Positions 45,101-55,711 of a DNA stretch of 64,000 nt are shown here, in pieces. The stretch lies in the NCBI GenBank assembly GCA_002633005.1, contig NMRA01000956.1:1-64000 (forward strand), in the 5' to 3' direction. The DNA comes from Phoronis australis. Lineage: Eukaryota > Animalia > Phoronida. Position numbers and translations under genes: made by a program. Below the pieces are notes generated by a model that was given only the letters and a program-made list of their open reading frames with translations, was not told where the DNA came from and did no database searches. Every line of letters begins with the position of its first letter. Positions within the stretch are counted from its first letter, which is position 1.

Positions 45101-48100
45101 CAATCTTGATAATAGGAATTTAAATTTCATGAAACAGCATTTGGAAAATCTGACTCGAAGCAGATGTAAAAAATAAAATTGCCACTAGGGAGCACACCCG
45201 TCCTATATTTGGATTGGTCTGAAACCGACCGTCATCTGTTGCCATCTCCATAGGAACACAACTGATAAATTTCAGAAAGATTTTGCAAAGGATAATGGAG
45301 ATACACTAACAGCCGTGAATGCAAAAAAATAAAATTGCTACTAGGATGTGCCAAAGTAGTTGAACACATCCGAAAATAAAATGTCAGCCTCGATCTTTTC
45401 ATCCGGAACACATCTCCAAGTTTTAATAATGATCCTTCAAGTGGTTTGGTGGAGGGAGAGGATGACGTCAAAAACATAATTAAAACTTTGTTTAAATGGC
45501 CACCGAGTGGTGCAGAATATGTCAAATCCGCCCGAAAATGAGGAGTTGCGATCTCCTTAATAGAAACCTATATCTTGCAAGAGCTGACGATAATAAAAAT
45601 GGCCGCTATACGTCAAATCCATCCGAAATGGGGACCTGTCAATTCCTTAATAGAAACTAATCTATTAAATTTCAAAACAATCTGACAAGGAGTTTCAAAA
45701 ATACAGAGGACAACGAATAAAATTGCCATTACGGGGAAAAGAGGTAGTCAGATCTATCCAAATGTCATCGTTGTCCGTTGTCAATACACTTGCCAAATTT
45801 ATCCTGCACAGCAAAGTGTTTGGGAGATAAAGCAATGGACAAACAACGGCCACTAAGAGGCGCCACAGTATTCAAAGTCATCCAAAAATCATCATCAGCC
45901 AATTTTCATAACCATCCTTAGAGTGGTTTGGTTGAAAGAGGGGAGGATGCCAAAAACAGGCTAGAAAACGGTAAAAATTACCACTAGATGGCACAATCCA
46001 TCGAAACGTGAACATGTCATTGTTTTCTCAATAGACAGTTATTAACCAAATTTCATAAAAATCCATTAAGGAACTTCAGAGAAACAGAGGAAAACGGACA
46101 GAAAATGAAATTGCCATTAGAGGGATCAGCGTTCCTTGGTTTCATTCTAAAGTCGTCATCATTCCATATAAATACGCTCGCTAAATGTAATAAAGATCCT
46201 GCAGAAGGTATAGGAGATACAGCCATGGCTGCAAAAAACTGTCACTAGGAGGCGCCACAGTAATCAAAGTTGTCAGAAAATAATCGTCAGCAGTCCTGTT
46301 CACAGTAGAAACATATTTGCCAGTTTTCAGAATCATCCTTAGAGTGGTTTGGCTGATAGAGGAGCGGACTTGAAAACAGTAAAAATGGCCACTAGGAGGC
46401 GCAAAATAGCTCAAATCCATCCAAAACTGAAATGATTGTAACATCTCACAAAAAGAAGCCTAACTACCAAATTTTATGAAAATCCGTTGAGGACCTTTAA
46501 AGATAAGGTAATCGTAAAAAATACAATTGCCGCTAGGGAGCACACCGGTAGAAGGAACCATCCGAAAGTCTTAAGTTTGTTCATCTGTCCATTCCACCAA
46601 AGGAACAAATGTGCAACATTTCATGAACATACATCAAAGGGTTTTGGAGATAGAGGAGCGGACGCTGGACGGACGCCTGAAGGACACTGGACGGATAGAG
46701 ATGATGGCTTAAAAATGTCTCACATCCACGAAACATGCATCGTGGGTCAGAGTAGAAAAATGCTCTTGATTCTAGCAGAACACCTAACTCATATCTATTC
46801 ATTTTGGGCCAATTGTTATTTTAACACCAGAGAAGATCAAGAAGTTTTTTGCATGAATATTTTTTGCTTTCGTCATATTCCAAAAACTAAGGATATCTGT
46901 AGCCAGGCAATGGCAACGCTGCAAAAGTCAAGCTTCGTACAGTGAAACTGTTACAATCACAAGTTATCCCATGGGCCTGTGAAGTGCCTGGGCATTTGTT
47001 GTATGCCACAAGATTACTCAGATCAGGTGAAGCCCACATATCCAGAAAGTGCATTATATGAAATTACCCAATACACATCAGTAAAGACCATGGCCATGAG
47101 CTGGCATCACTGTCCATCCTGTGGCACCAAATGAGGTATGACTCTGTAAAATGTTAGCTTTACTTACTACCAAATATGAGAAATGGCACCCGAGGGTTGG
47201 AACTGACAATAATGGGTGAAGAAAGTTTTCCACTCAACCAAAAATTTCACTTTAGAAAGACACATGCATCTGTCCCCTCTGCAGATGAGCGAGGGCCCTG
47301 GCAATATTCATGGTAAGTTGGGTGACTGGAAATTTCTCATCCATTGAGAAGCTTCTTTTGGGATTCGTGGGTACTAAGCACTGATCTTCAACACCATGTA
47401 CTGAATTACACTCAAATTAACTGCAAAGCTTATGTTAAAAGTTTTCGTAGTCAAATTAACCTACCACGTTCTACGGACATTTACACTGGAATAGTCCCTC
47501 TTAGTTAAATGACTGGCTTTAGTAGCTGCTATCCTGCAAACAGTAAACAGGTTATTTCATGGATGTTACATGTACCTACACAATGAAGCCATAAATACAG
47601 CACACTTCAGAAGAAATTGGACAAAGTACCACTTGTGTGGATCCTCCCTGTATATACATATATTTTAAGTTATTAATCTTTGACCCTTTTAATTATAGCA
47701 ACGCCCCTATTCTGCCTTCAAACTGTAAGGTCATTAATAGTACGGTATATCCAGTGTTTGATTCAAAGGGTCAAAGGTTAACCCAACACATGAATACACG
47801 GCCTCATTCACTGCCAGAGATCCATTTGCGGCAAAAATGACTGCAAGCGATATCCCATCATAAATCGTCATGTCAGTTGTAATCTCCACGTAATCATCCA
47901 TGCTCATAAAGTTCACCCATCATTCCTGATCATATCAGACGTCTGCTGTGACACAATGGATTCTGCACGTCCTCAGCCGTCATGGTGGAACGGAAATCCA
48001 AGTCATTTTCATAATTCCACTACCCACGTTACTGGCCCATAAAAAGTTGCATTTATGTTCTCAGGCCAGCTGGCAAATTAAAATCATTTTGCAGCAATTG

Positions 48101-50432
48101 CACCTAATTTTGTCTTGTCTCAGGAATTGCATGCATTCACATTCAGATTCTAACATTATAATCAATGCAGACCAGCTGATCTAAACAAATGCTATTTGCC
48201 AAATTCAACCTGAGCAACAGGGGTGTCCAGCGGAGTTGTGAAAATGTGGACTTAAGTGTCAGGATAACAAAAAATAAATGCAGTAAACACGTAGACCAGT
48301 AGCACTGCACTGGAACAGCTGACCAAGCCCTACACATGAAACATCACGGCTGCCCACGAGTCAAATGAAAGCGCTCCGAGGAGCGAAACTTGGCGAAATT
48401 AACCAAAAAGATGACAATAAAGATGATGACGAAGATGACGAATGAGACGACGATGGTGGCGAGGATGAACAAAAGAAGTAATACTAACACACACATGACG
48501 AACGTAGATGTCCGAAATCAGTAAGACAAAGGCTACAGTCTTGAGCGACACTTGGCGAAATTAACGGAAAAGACAACGACGGAGATGATGACGAAGATGA
48601 TGACGAATATGATGATGGTGGTGGCGATGATGAACAACATCACAACATTCATATGACGAACTTAGATGTCATAAATCAATAAGAAATAGGCTACAGTCTA
48701 GTTCAATAGAAAATAAACCAACATCAATGCAGCGAGAGCGCTCAACAAAGGAACAGCGTTATCAGAAAATCTCAAATAACTCGAAAAGTAGACCTCCTAG
48801 CGAAAAATAGAAAACATCTTCTGAAAGCCCGTTCAAAATTCTATCTAAACTGATGGTATCGTTTAATTCCGTAAATTTTTCGAAAAAAATGAAATTTTGC
48901 GTTTTTTTAAGAAATTCAAAGTCAAAAAAAATTGTTACAGGCCATTTGAAAGAATATACTTCAAAGAATCCACATGCAAAAAATCACGTCTTTTTCTCTT
49001 CCCGTTTAAAATCGCACTCCAGCACGACTGAAATGGGTCAACATGCACTAGATCCGCCATCTTGAAAGCAACTTCCGGCTTTTTGGCTTTGTATAATAGC
49101 ATGTCATAAGAAACTAATACCTGTAAAAATTCGAAGGAATTGGCCTTATAATGCGCCCTCTACAGGAGAAAACGTTTTTAGGCCAAAATCGAGGTGCGCA
49201 TGCGCGATCGCCGATATTTCCGCCATCTTTACCGGAAGTAAACAATTTCCGGTATACTTGTAAAAAACTTCTGGTCCATTTACTGTGCCGATTCTTAGCC
49301 TTTTATGTAAAAAATTGTAGCCTCCAGAAGAATTTGAACCTTTAAATGAAAACAAAATGGCCGCCACAGCCGCCATCTTGGATCTGATTTTGACGAAAAA
49401 CAATAGGCTTCCAGTACTTCCGGAAGTACATGTGATGTGTAAATTTCGTGATGATCGGACGAAAATTGCGACCTGTATCGTACGAACAAACAAGACAAAA
49501 AAAAATTAGTGGAAGAGCAACATACTTGGCGAAATTTATTTCGCCAAGTAATGACCCTGGCCATAGCCAAGTTTAATTTTTTTCTAAAATGATACCTGCT
49601 TTTGATGTGAATTGCAAGCCAGTCAAAGACCAGTAACAGCCACCAAACAGTCTGGGCAGGATGACATTAAACATTTGATCAAGGCACCTACACTTTTTTT
49701 CTACTGTGCTCACTAAATTGTTTCTTGAAATGTCTGAGTTCTTAATAGAATTTCTTAGTTTTCAAAATCTCCATTACTGAGTCACTCCAGTGCCAGGAAA
49801 TAATGCTACATATCTGATGCCATCTAGCTTGTTTTGACAAGGGACTTAAAATTGTCAGCACCATTAAACCATCCTTTACAACAACTGCATACGTATCACA
49901 AAACCACAGACATGAGTGTGATGTACGAATGTACCCAGCAGAGCCAAGGTGTCATGAGTTTCTTGTACAAACTTGCACTACACCGATAATTCTCCAATGC
50001 CACTCAGGAAAGTGAGGAGCCACAGCGTGGTCAAATACTGAGTTCTCACAGCCACCACAAAGCAGCACCTTACCATTCCTTACTATACCATAAACCACAG
50101 TAAAACAGCAGCAATATCTGACGTTTTTTCACATTAAACACATTGGAGAAGGACTACTACTGCGATTGGTTGTCCCCATTTTATGTAGTAATGCATCGAC
50201 CAATTAATGCTTGTAACTCGAGATCAGTTAACATATCGTCAGATAGTGTTTGCGGGTGTTCTAATTTGACAGTGGATCGAATTGTGGGGTAATTGATTTT
50301 TGGCGTTTTTAATATGAAATTAGTGATTTTTAACAATTTAACAGAACATTTTGCTTTTTTTAATGTCTTAACTTACCAAACAATTCCAAATTTTCCTCCA
50401 CGTTTTTGTAGAATATCTTGACTGTAGAACAT
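27116..50432 (-). CDS. REC8: Meiotic cohesin kleisin REC8-like, 16 coding exons: complement(join(50377-50432,47465-47533,43877-44019,42532-42613,41737-41842,40836-40929,38772-38848,36698-36828,35406-35685,34832-34898,32960-33028,32069-32124,31171-31292,30240-30479,29567-29673,27116-27198)), ~593 aa
   Basis: N-terminus MFYSQDILQKRGGKFGIVWIAATKASHLTKRDYSSVNVRRTCEDLVDYICVRVQP...RPRFSLYLSAQLMYGVIKVY is the Rad21/Rec8 N-domain with the REC8-type VRVQP..RPRFSLYLSAQL signature. Central KRQLLFADEETTLS motif. C-terminal winged-helix-like FAQICPTSYRRSVAASMFMSVLELGKQRIVFLRQRRFHGEIIISRG. GT-AG introns, consistent phases, 1782 nt. The middle exons rest mainly on splice signals and phase. Confidence 0.9.
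27441..28153. repeat. Perfect 60-bp minisatellite, ~12 copies, cut by an assembly gap
   Basis: TTTAGAAGTCCTGTAGGCATGAATGTTTAACTTTTGAACAACTAATATCTCACTGTCATG; N at 28154. Confidence 0.97.
28155..28302. mobile_element. One end of a probable MITE (TCGAGT-rich subterminal repeats, GGGCCC terminus)
   Basis: TTCGAGTCTGACATTAGGCAC twice and many TTCGAG units; the other end is lost in the gap. Confidence 0.45.
29567..29673 (-). CDS. REC8: REC8 exon 15 (LIASLT...RRSVAASMFMSVL)
   Basis: tgcag acceptor, GTAAGT donor; start of the C-terminal winged helix. Confidence 0.9.
30240..30479 (-). CDS. REC8: REC8 exon 14 (SARKRSRLSRASS...HDEVL)
   Basis: ttcag acceptor, GTGAAC donor. Confidence 0.85.
31171..31292 (-). 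CDS. REC8: REC8 exon 13 (QSAVSEQLRQD...)
   Basis: tctag acceptor, GTAAAA donor. Confidence 0.8.
32069..32124 (-). CDS. REC8: REC8 exon 12 (IEEELLQVAEPVNVPQVE)
   Basis: ttcag acceptor, GTTAGT donor. Confidence 0.78.
32960..33028 (-). CDS. REC8: REC8 exon 11 (MGNHQLLPLWLRNCKTKRQAQE)
   Basis: aaaag acceptor, GTGAAA donor; LLxLWxxC resembles REC8 LLGLWTHC. Confidence 0.78.
33643..33790. repeat. 18-bp minisatellite, ~7 copies
   Basis: CTAATGGTGGGACTGCGC units; source of the spurious IRRSPT and LGAVPP ORFs. Confidence 0.9.
34832..34898 (-). CDS. REC8: REC8 exon 10 (VDVIPVVKARKLQDFFLQPTRK)
   Basis: attag acceptor, GTGGGT donor. Confidence 0.82.
35406..35685 (-). CDS. REC8: REC8 exon 9 (LHETPR...KRQLLFADEETTLSKSTIRNNL...MDL)
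   Basis: tgcag acceptor, GTAAAT donor; conserved central kleisin motif. Confidence 0.9.
36698..36828 (-). CDS. REC8: REC8 exon 8 (IPGDLDIPPPDDL...)
   Basis: ttcag acceptor, GTGAGC donor. Confidence 0.82.
36893..37970. repeat. 67-bp minisatellite, ~16 copies
   Basis: GTAGCAACAGTAGTAACTATAGTAGTACTAGTAGTAATGATAGCAGGAGTAGTAATGGTTAGGGAAC. Confidence 0.96.
37971..38560. repeat. (TAG/CAG)-rich low-complexity tract containing ~3 copies of an ~80-bp unit
   Basis: Visible as the repeated CYFYCYIL..TVTCSSIATTN pseudo-peptide in ORF 38071..38538. Confidence 0.85.
38772..38848 (-). CDS. REC8: REC8 exon 7 (IGSPHTVPNQAITLVEHDRQRLPEG)
   Basis: ttcag acceptor, GTAAGT donor; AITLxE resembles vertebrate REC8. 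Confidence 0.85.
40836..40929 (-). CDS. REC8: REC8 exon 6 (QYWRLNGSPG...PFRS)
   Basis: cttag acceptor, GTTGTC donor, phases 0-1 fit. Confidence 0.72.
41737..41842 (-). CDS. REC8: REC8 exon 5 (HELLHDLPELCEFDPTF...)
   Basis: ggcag acceptor, GTGAGT donor. Confidence 0.82.
42532..42613 (-). CDS. REC8: REC8 exon 4 (EVTTFSQRV...IDLPVKL)
   Basis: ttcag acceptor, GTAAAC donor, phases fit. Confidence 0.82.
43877..44019 (-). CDS. REC8: REC8 exon 3 (EDLVDYICVRVQP...QHDYLS)
   Basis: tatag acceptor, GTAAGC donor. Confidence 0.94.
44536..46760 (-). mobile_element. Helentron/DINE-1-like element, same family as 14279-15473, with expanded internal subunits
   Basis: AACAAGAGCAACGTG..ATGCACCCA..GCATCGCAAATGGT is the inverse of the 15420-15473 end; GGACGG tract near 46660-46700; ~130-145-bp internal subunits. 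Confidence 0.72.
47465..47533 (-). CDS. REC8: REC8 exon 2 (IAATKASHLTKRDYSSVNVRRTC)
   Basis: tgcag acceptor, GTAGGT donor. Confidence 0.92.
48363..49552 (-). mobile_element. Second Helentron/DINE-1-like family element
   Basis: Hairpin TACTTGGCGAAAT-TT-ATTTCGCCAAGTA at ~49523-49550; same ACTTGGCGAA plus CGCTCCGAGGAGCG stem-loop at ~48370-48400; internal ~160-bp duplication. Confidence 0.65.
50377..50432 (-). CDS. REC8: REC8 coding exon 1 (MFYSQDILQKRGGKFGIVW)
   Basis: ATG at 50432, GTAAGT donor; acceptor-like ttccacag about 20 nt upstream implies a spliced 5' UTR. Confidence 0.92.
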
Positions 50433-51239
50433 GTTGGTGTTACTGGCGACCTCTGTGGAATGAAAACACTACATCTCTTAGTTAAGTAATGCCAACTTGA
50501 ACTGATGCAAATTCCAAACACATTTGCTTTTTTACTATCAGAGTTCAGAAGACAAATGAAAGATGCACCTTCAAGGGTTAAATACCAAGTTAAACTTTAC
50601 CCAGAAACCCTCAGAACAAATCCATTTATATTTCGCTTCATTCAGGCCTATTAGCCTGAACCAGCTAGCTGTAGGATAGCTGTATGAAGATCACAGTCAA
50701 GATACAGCTAGGAACCATGCACAATGCGTTGAGCTCCAACAGATTTCAAAATTTCACACTGTCCAGGTAGTTTATGATCGTCACATTACTGTGAAATTTA
50801 TAGCAACATGTAACAACCGGTGAGGGTGCATACAAAATCTGGTAGTCACACGTCAATAGCTGATGCTATATTTCATGGCACTGAAAGACGATGCAGCCAT
50901 AAGATCGCTCTACAGTCTTTGTTTTTGACGGCATTGGTCAGATATAGTGGTCCCTGATTGAGAGAACCAGCCAATCATTGAATAACGAGCCTGTTATTTA
51001 GTAGATGAAACTGATGGTTCTCTAAATCAGGGACTGCTATATCTGACCAGTGCTGTCTTTGACTGCTAGCACTAAATAACGGTAGAACGCCAATTTTTTT
51101 AACACTGGTAAATAAATTATGTTCGACACATGTCCCGAATAATATATAAACGTGCGTCGCAATTAAGCTCGTAACCAGAGTCACAGATGAAAAGGAGACC
51201 GAGAGGTAGGTGATATAAGGTCATTTATTAATGACTAAT

Positions 51240-52046
51240 ACCGTCAGAGGTCCTAAAGTCGTGAGTGCCCTAAAGTCATGAACGATCTTATTTCCTCTTC
51301 TGCGCAGTCCTGCGACATCTGGCGTTGAAGTTTCCAGCATTCGTCTGCTCACGAACGTCAAACGAATACCCGGTCGTGTTCGTATTCACAATATGATAAC
51401 AAACAGTGAGTGAGTGGCTTCTTTTTCAAATGTATCTTAAAAACGGCATATTTCACTAATTCACTTTTTTGTGCATTTTTGGGCTATATTTTCGAAAATA
51501 TTTATCGCTTAGATTTACTCAAACACGCGCTCCAGGGGTAGTTTGAACAATGTATCAAAATGTCCCAGGGTCGATCAAATTTTGTAAGGCCAAAACAATA
51601 AAATACAGAGCAATAATTGATGCTGGGTTCTCAGCGTTTTACGTGAACAACCTCATTGAAAACGTCTGTGCACATCAAAGTTGGGTGTAAAACATATAAC
51701 AATTTATTTCAATTGAAACTGAATTAATAAACAATGCAATGTATTTTTATGTCGTCTAGAGTAACTGTAAGCACTGTAGTTGATTTGTGTGGTCTTACTT
51801 TATGCATTTCCGTCTAAACGAAATGTTCACAACTTTAGGGCCTCATTCAAAATGGCCGGCGATATCAGCGACCGTTTTAAAACTCTTCTTACGGATACAA
51901 ACAAGGATTAAGATTGTCAAAACACGTATATTTGTGAAGGCTGATATATGTCCATGACATCACATAAGCAGTTGCTAACGGTCATTGGGTAGTATGACAA
52001 CCAACTGCTTATTATACTTATATTCACGACTTTAGGTCTCCGGTGT
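51240..52046. mobile_element. Probable non-autonomous DNA transposon (imperfect TIRs containing CCTAAAGTCGTGA)
   Basis: CCTAAAGTCGTGA and CCTAAAGTCATGA at the left end; inverse TCACGACTTTAGG at ~52024 and a related copy at ~51827. Confidence 0.5.
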
Positions 52047-52072
52047 ATACATGCAATTACTGAAATAAATAT

Positions 52073-52310
52073 CAGAGGCGGATCTACAGGGGGGTTTCAG
52101 GGGGTTTAAACCCCCCCCCTCGGGACAGGATCAAAAATAAAAACTGGAAAAAAAATCGCCAGAAAAATGAAATTAGCTACTGAAAATCATCAAAAATCTT
52201 ACACGGGAGGAGGGAAACCCTCTCGCAACCTTCCTTCACCTTGGTGCTACGCGCCTCGGATTCTTTCGAATCATAAACCCCCCCTTACTGTAATCGAAGA
52301 TCTGCCACTG
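52073..52310. mobile_element. MITE with CAG(A/T)GGC(G/A)GATC termini
   Basis: CAGAGGCGGATCT ... AGATCTGCCACTG with G/C-run subtermini. Confidence 0.65.
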
Positions 52311-52509
52311 AATATATAGTGAAGATTTAAGTAAAATAAAAAATGATAATCTCTTGTAATATCGGAAATAAAAAAGCACCACAAGAGATGTTATAAAACA
52401 GCTCATCCCGGCCTTAGTTACTAAAGGAAGAGTGTTGCTTTGAATGACACCAATTCCATTGTGTCAGAATTATTTGGCCAGTTTTTTATCCACAGCGCAA
52501 AGCTGTATA

Positions 52510-52709
52510 CTCGGGAACCCAATGGTCGTCCGCCTAAGCATAAAACCGGCTTGTTGTCGTACTNAGAAAACGTTTGAATCAACGAATACTCTATATTTGT
52601 GAGAGTTAAATCAAATCCTATTCAGATCATAACTTTGAAGTGGAATGATTGGGTGAGTACGACAACAAGCCGGTTTTATGCTTAGGCGGACGACCATTGG
52701 GTTCCCGAG
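52510..52709. mobile_element. TA-flanked inverted-repeat element (54-bp perfect TIR visible) spanning a gap
   Basis: 52510-52563 is the exact inverse of 52656-52709; TATA on both flanks; N at 52564. Confidence 0.7.
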
Positions 52710-53759
52710 TATATAACTGGCTAAACAACCCACGCCGGCCAGAGCACAAAGAAGCCTATGCTGACAAAGCTAGGTTGGCTGCTAGAATGTAGCCGACTTT
52801 GTGCTGGAGGTCGGAATGAGATATTATCATGGCATTGGGGGTACTAAAATGAGGGCAGAATGAGTTACCTTCGGCTTCGGCAAAAAATAATTCAAAAGTG
52901 TAGCAGACAACTTCTTGGCGACTTTTAAAATCGCGGGCTGATCCACATTTTCAGGTCTCTTTCCATAAAGATCCCAGCTCGTAATGCCCTCTATTGGTGG
53001 TGAAACTCGTCTGCTGCGAGACTGGCTCTCTTCTGAGGCTTAGACTGACACATAACATCGGGGTGCGGGGGGGCTGATTTTTTTGATCATTGCAGACGTG
53101 AAATGGGCGCTGCCCCGCGCTTCCGAAGTGCTGCTGCACGTAGAGCTGTTGAAAAAATATTTTTTATTGAAACCCCACGCTATAGTCTAATTAATTAATT
53201 AATAATTGAACGTTGAGGCCGGGGACATGCGTCTCAACGCCGCGGTGAAAGTGGGTAGATCCCTACAGTAAGGCTGAAATGTGTTTGAAAGTATCCGGTA
53301 CTCTTTCCCCTTCAGTTTAGCTAAAGAGGTCATATGAGACGAATTTTGCTCAAATTAATTTTACTCAAGCGTGTAACTTTAGTCTAAAAACAGGCATAGC
53401 ACTTTCAATAAATAGCATGGCATCAGTATTTAAATGAGTAGAATTTTTTTTGAGAATAGTTTAATTCTTAAAGTTCGGGTGGTGCGTCAACAAGATGGCG
53501 ACCGAAATAAATAACATATGCATGTATCATCACATTTTATCAAGTAAAAGAAAAAATACAAACAAGAATATAATTTTTGAAATGTTTTGTTCCCAAAGTG
53601 TTGAATAAATGGAAAAAGTATCCCTTCAAGTTGAAATTCCTATGAATTATTAATGACGTGAACGTTGTTCAAATTTCGTTATAATAAATAATACACGTTT
53701 TATTAGCAAAGTTGTTGCAATAAGGCAACTCATGTAATCACATTTCTTGTGCGACGAAA

Positions 53760-53828
53760 AGAATAATGATACTGGTATAAAAAGAACAATGATACTGGTA
53801 TAAAAAGAACAATGATACTGGTACAAAA
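53760..53828. repeat. ~23-bp tandem repeat, 3 copies
   Basis: AAGAACAATGATACTGGTATAAA. Confidence 0.8.
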
Positions 53829-54021
53829 ATCTCCAAAGCTGCATTCTTTATCAATAAACGAGGATCTTATTCACCGAGGATTAATGCTTTTCATTCAAGT
53901 TGAATTCACCAACCTTAAACCAGGATAAATTTTTCCCGAGGAAACCCGGTTATTTTTTTCCGTGCCGCGGTTTACTGTTAGTAAAGCAAAGCCACACGGC
54001 TTTAGGCATTTTTGTATCCGG

Positions 54022-54135
54022 ACCAAAATTCGTTTCTAGGTGTAAAATATGAAAGTTTTGTTGTAATGTGATCTTCAACACCAAAATTCGTTTCTAGATG
54101 TAAAATACTAAAGTTTTGTTGCAATGTGATTTTCA
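54022..54135. repeat. ~58-bp tandem duplication
   Basis: ACCAAAATTCGTTTCTAG.TGTAAAATA..AAAGTTTTGTTG.AATGTGAT twice. Confidence 0.8.
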
Positions 54136-55331
54136 GCAGTTTCATTCGCCATAATCGGGTCCATCAACTTCAGAGTGCCTACAAACCCGTCTTCCATCAC
54201 AAAAAACAGGTTTGGATATAAATCGCGTACTAGGTCATGAAATTCATCTCAAATTGTTCCTCGGTCAAATTGGACACAGTCTCAGAGTCTCGAAAGAAGT
54301 AAAAGTTCGTAATTACGTGAGTTCCGGCTTTAAAATTTGGCTTGTCACGTCGTGTCGATTTTACTCAATACGAACTATAGCAAATACAACGAACAGTCTG
54401 ATCTTTTCAAACTTAGAAACTGATTACGTCAGTCTCCTCTGGGTAAGGAACTAGTTGATATCACTTAAATTACTGATGGCGACAAATGGTTTAAAGCAAA
54501 AGTTCGCTTCTTGTGCGAAACGCGCTACGTGCGTAATTCACTGCACTTGAACACGCTTAAGAAAATAATTATTGGGGGTTGGGGAGTTAGCAAACCTTGA
54601 GTACGAAGCACCACCCACTTACAGGTTATTTTTTTAGCGTTATCTACCGATTAGAATGTATAACTCTGGCGATTTTGTTGAGAAGCACATGTTTAGAGGA
54701 CTCGTTACTGCAGCGTTAGGAGACTTGTTGAAATATGTCAATTTATAAACCTATATTAAAGTTAGAATTAAACCTATTAAGTAAACATTATGCTTTTAAT
54801 AATATTGCGTTGTAAACGCGATACGTTGACAACTGCGTTTACTTTATGTGATAGATTAACTCGATAACCAGTATCAAGCTTCTTTTTCAAACTTTAATAA
54901 AACTTAGCTCAATAACGATTTCAACGAGACTCGTGTTAATGAGATATGTGGTCCATAGGTTGTGTTGGCCTTTATTGACTTCGCCCACTTGAGTAGTTTA
55001 AACTGATGTCCGGCATTGGATGTGCCACTAGCAAGGTTATGCTATATGTTGGACAGATTCGACTTCAGTAGCCATAACATTTGTGAATTTATAGTACAAG
55101 TTGACTATTCAGACATAAAACGACCCTGTTCTTCATGCTTTTGCACATTAAACGAATCCTGATTACATATGGAAATCACGTTCGTGCATTGGTACATTAA
55201 GAGATGTTTTCTTTCTTAAAGTCTGGTTTTCATGCATTTTGACATTTGTAGCTGAAACTGAACGGATTTAAAAAGAATGTGCGATGAAGCCGACATTGCA
55301 GTACAACCATTCTTAACCAACACAGTAAAGT

Positions 55332-55711
55332 TGGCACGCTGGGAGACTCTGGGACATGTACCTTCACGACCGCGTGGCACGCTGGAAGAGTCTGGGAGAT
55401 GTACCTTCACGACCGCGTGGCGGCACGCTGGGAGAGACTGGGACATGTACCTTCACGACCGCGTGGCACGCTGGGAGAGTCTGGGACATGTACCTTCACG
55501 ACCGCGTGGCACGCTGGGAGAGTCTGGGACATGTACCTTCACGACCGCGTGGCACGCTGGGAGAGTCTGGGAGATGTACCTTCACGACCGCGTGGCACGC
55601 TGGGAGAGTCTGGGACATGTACCTTCACGACCGCGTGGCACGCTGGGAGAGTCTGGGACATGTACCTTCACGACCGCGTGGCACGCTGGGAGAGTCTGGG
55701 ACATGTACCTT
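55332..55711. repeat. GC-rich 43-bp minisatellite, ~9 copies
   Basis: TGGCACGCTGGGAGAGTCTGGGACATGTACCTTCACGACCGCG. Confidence 0.95.
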
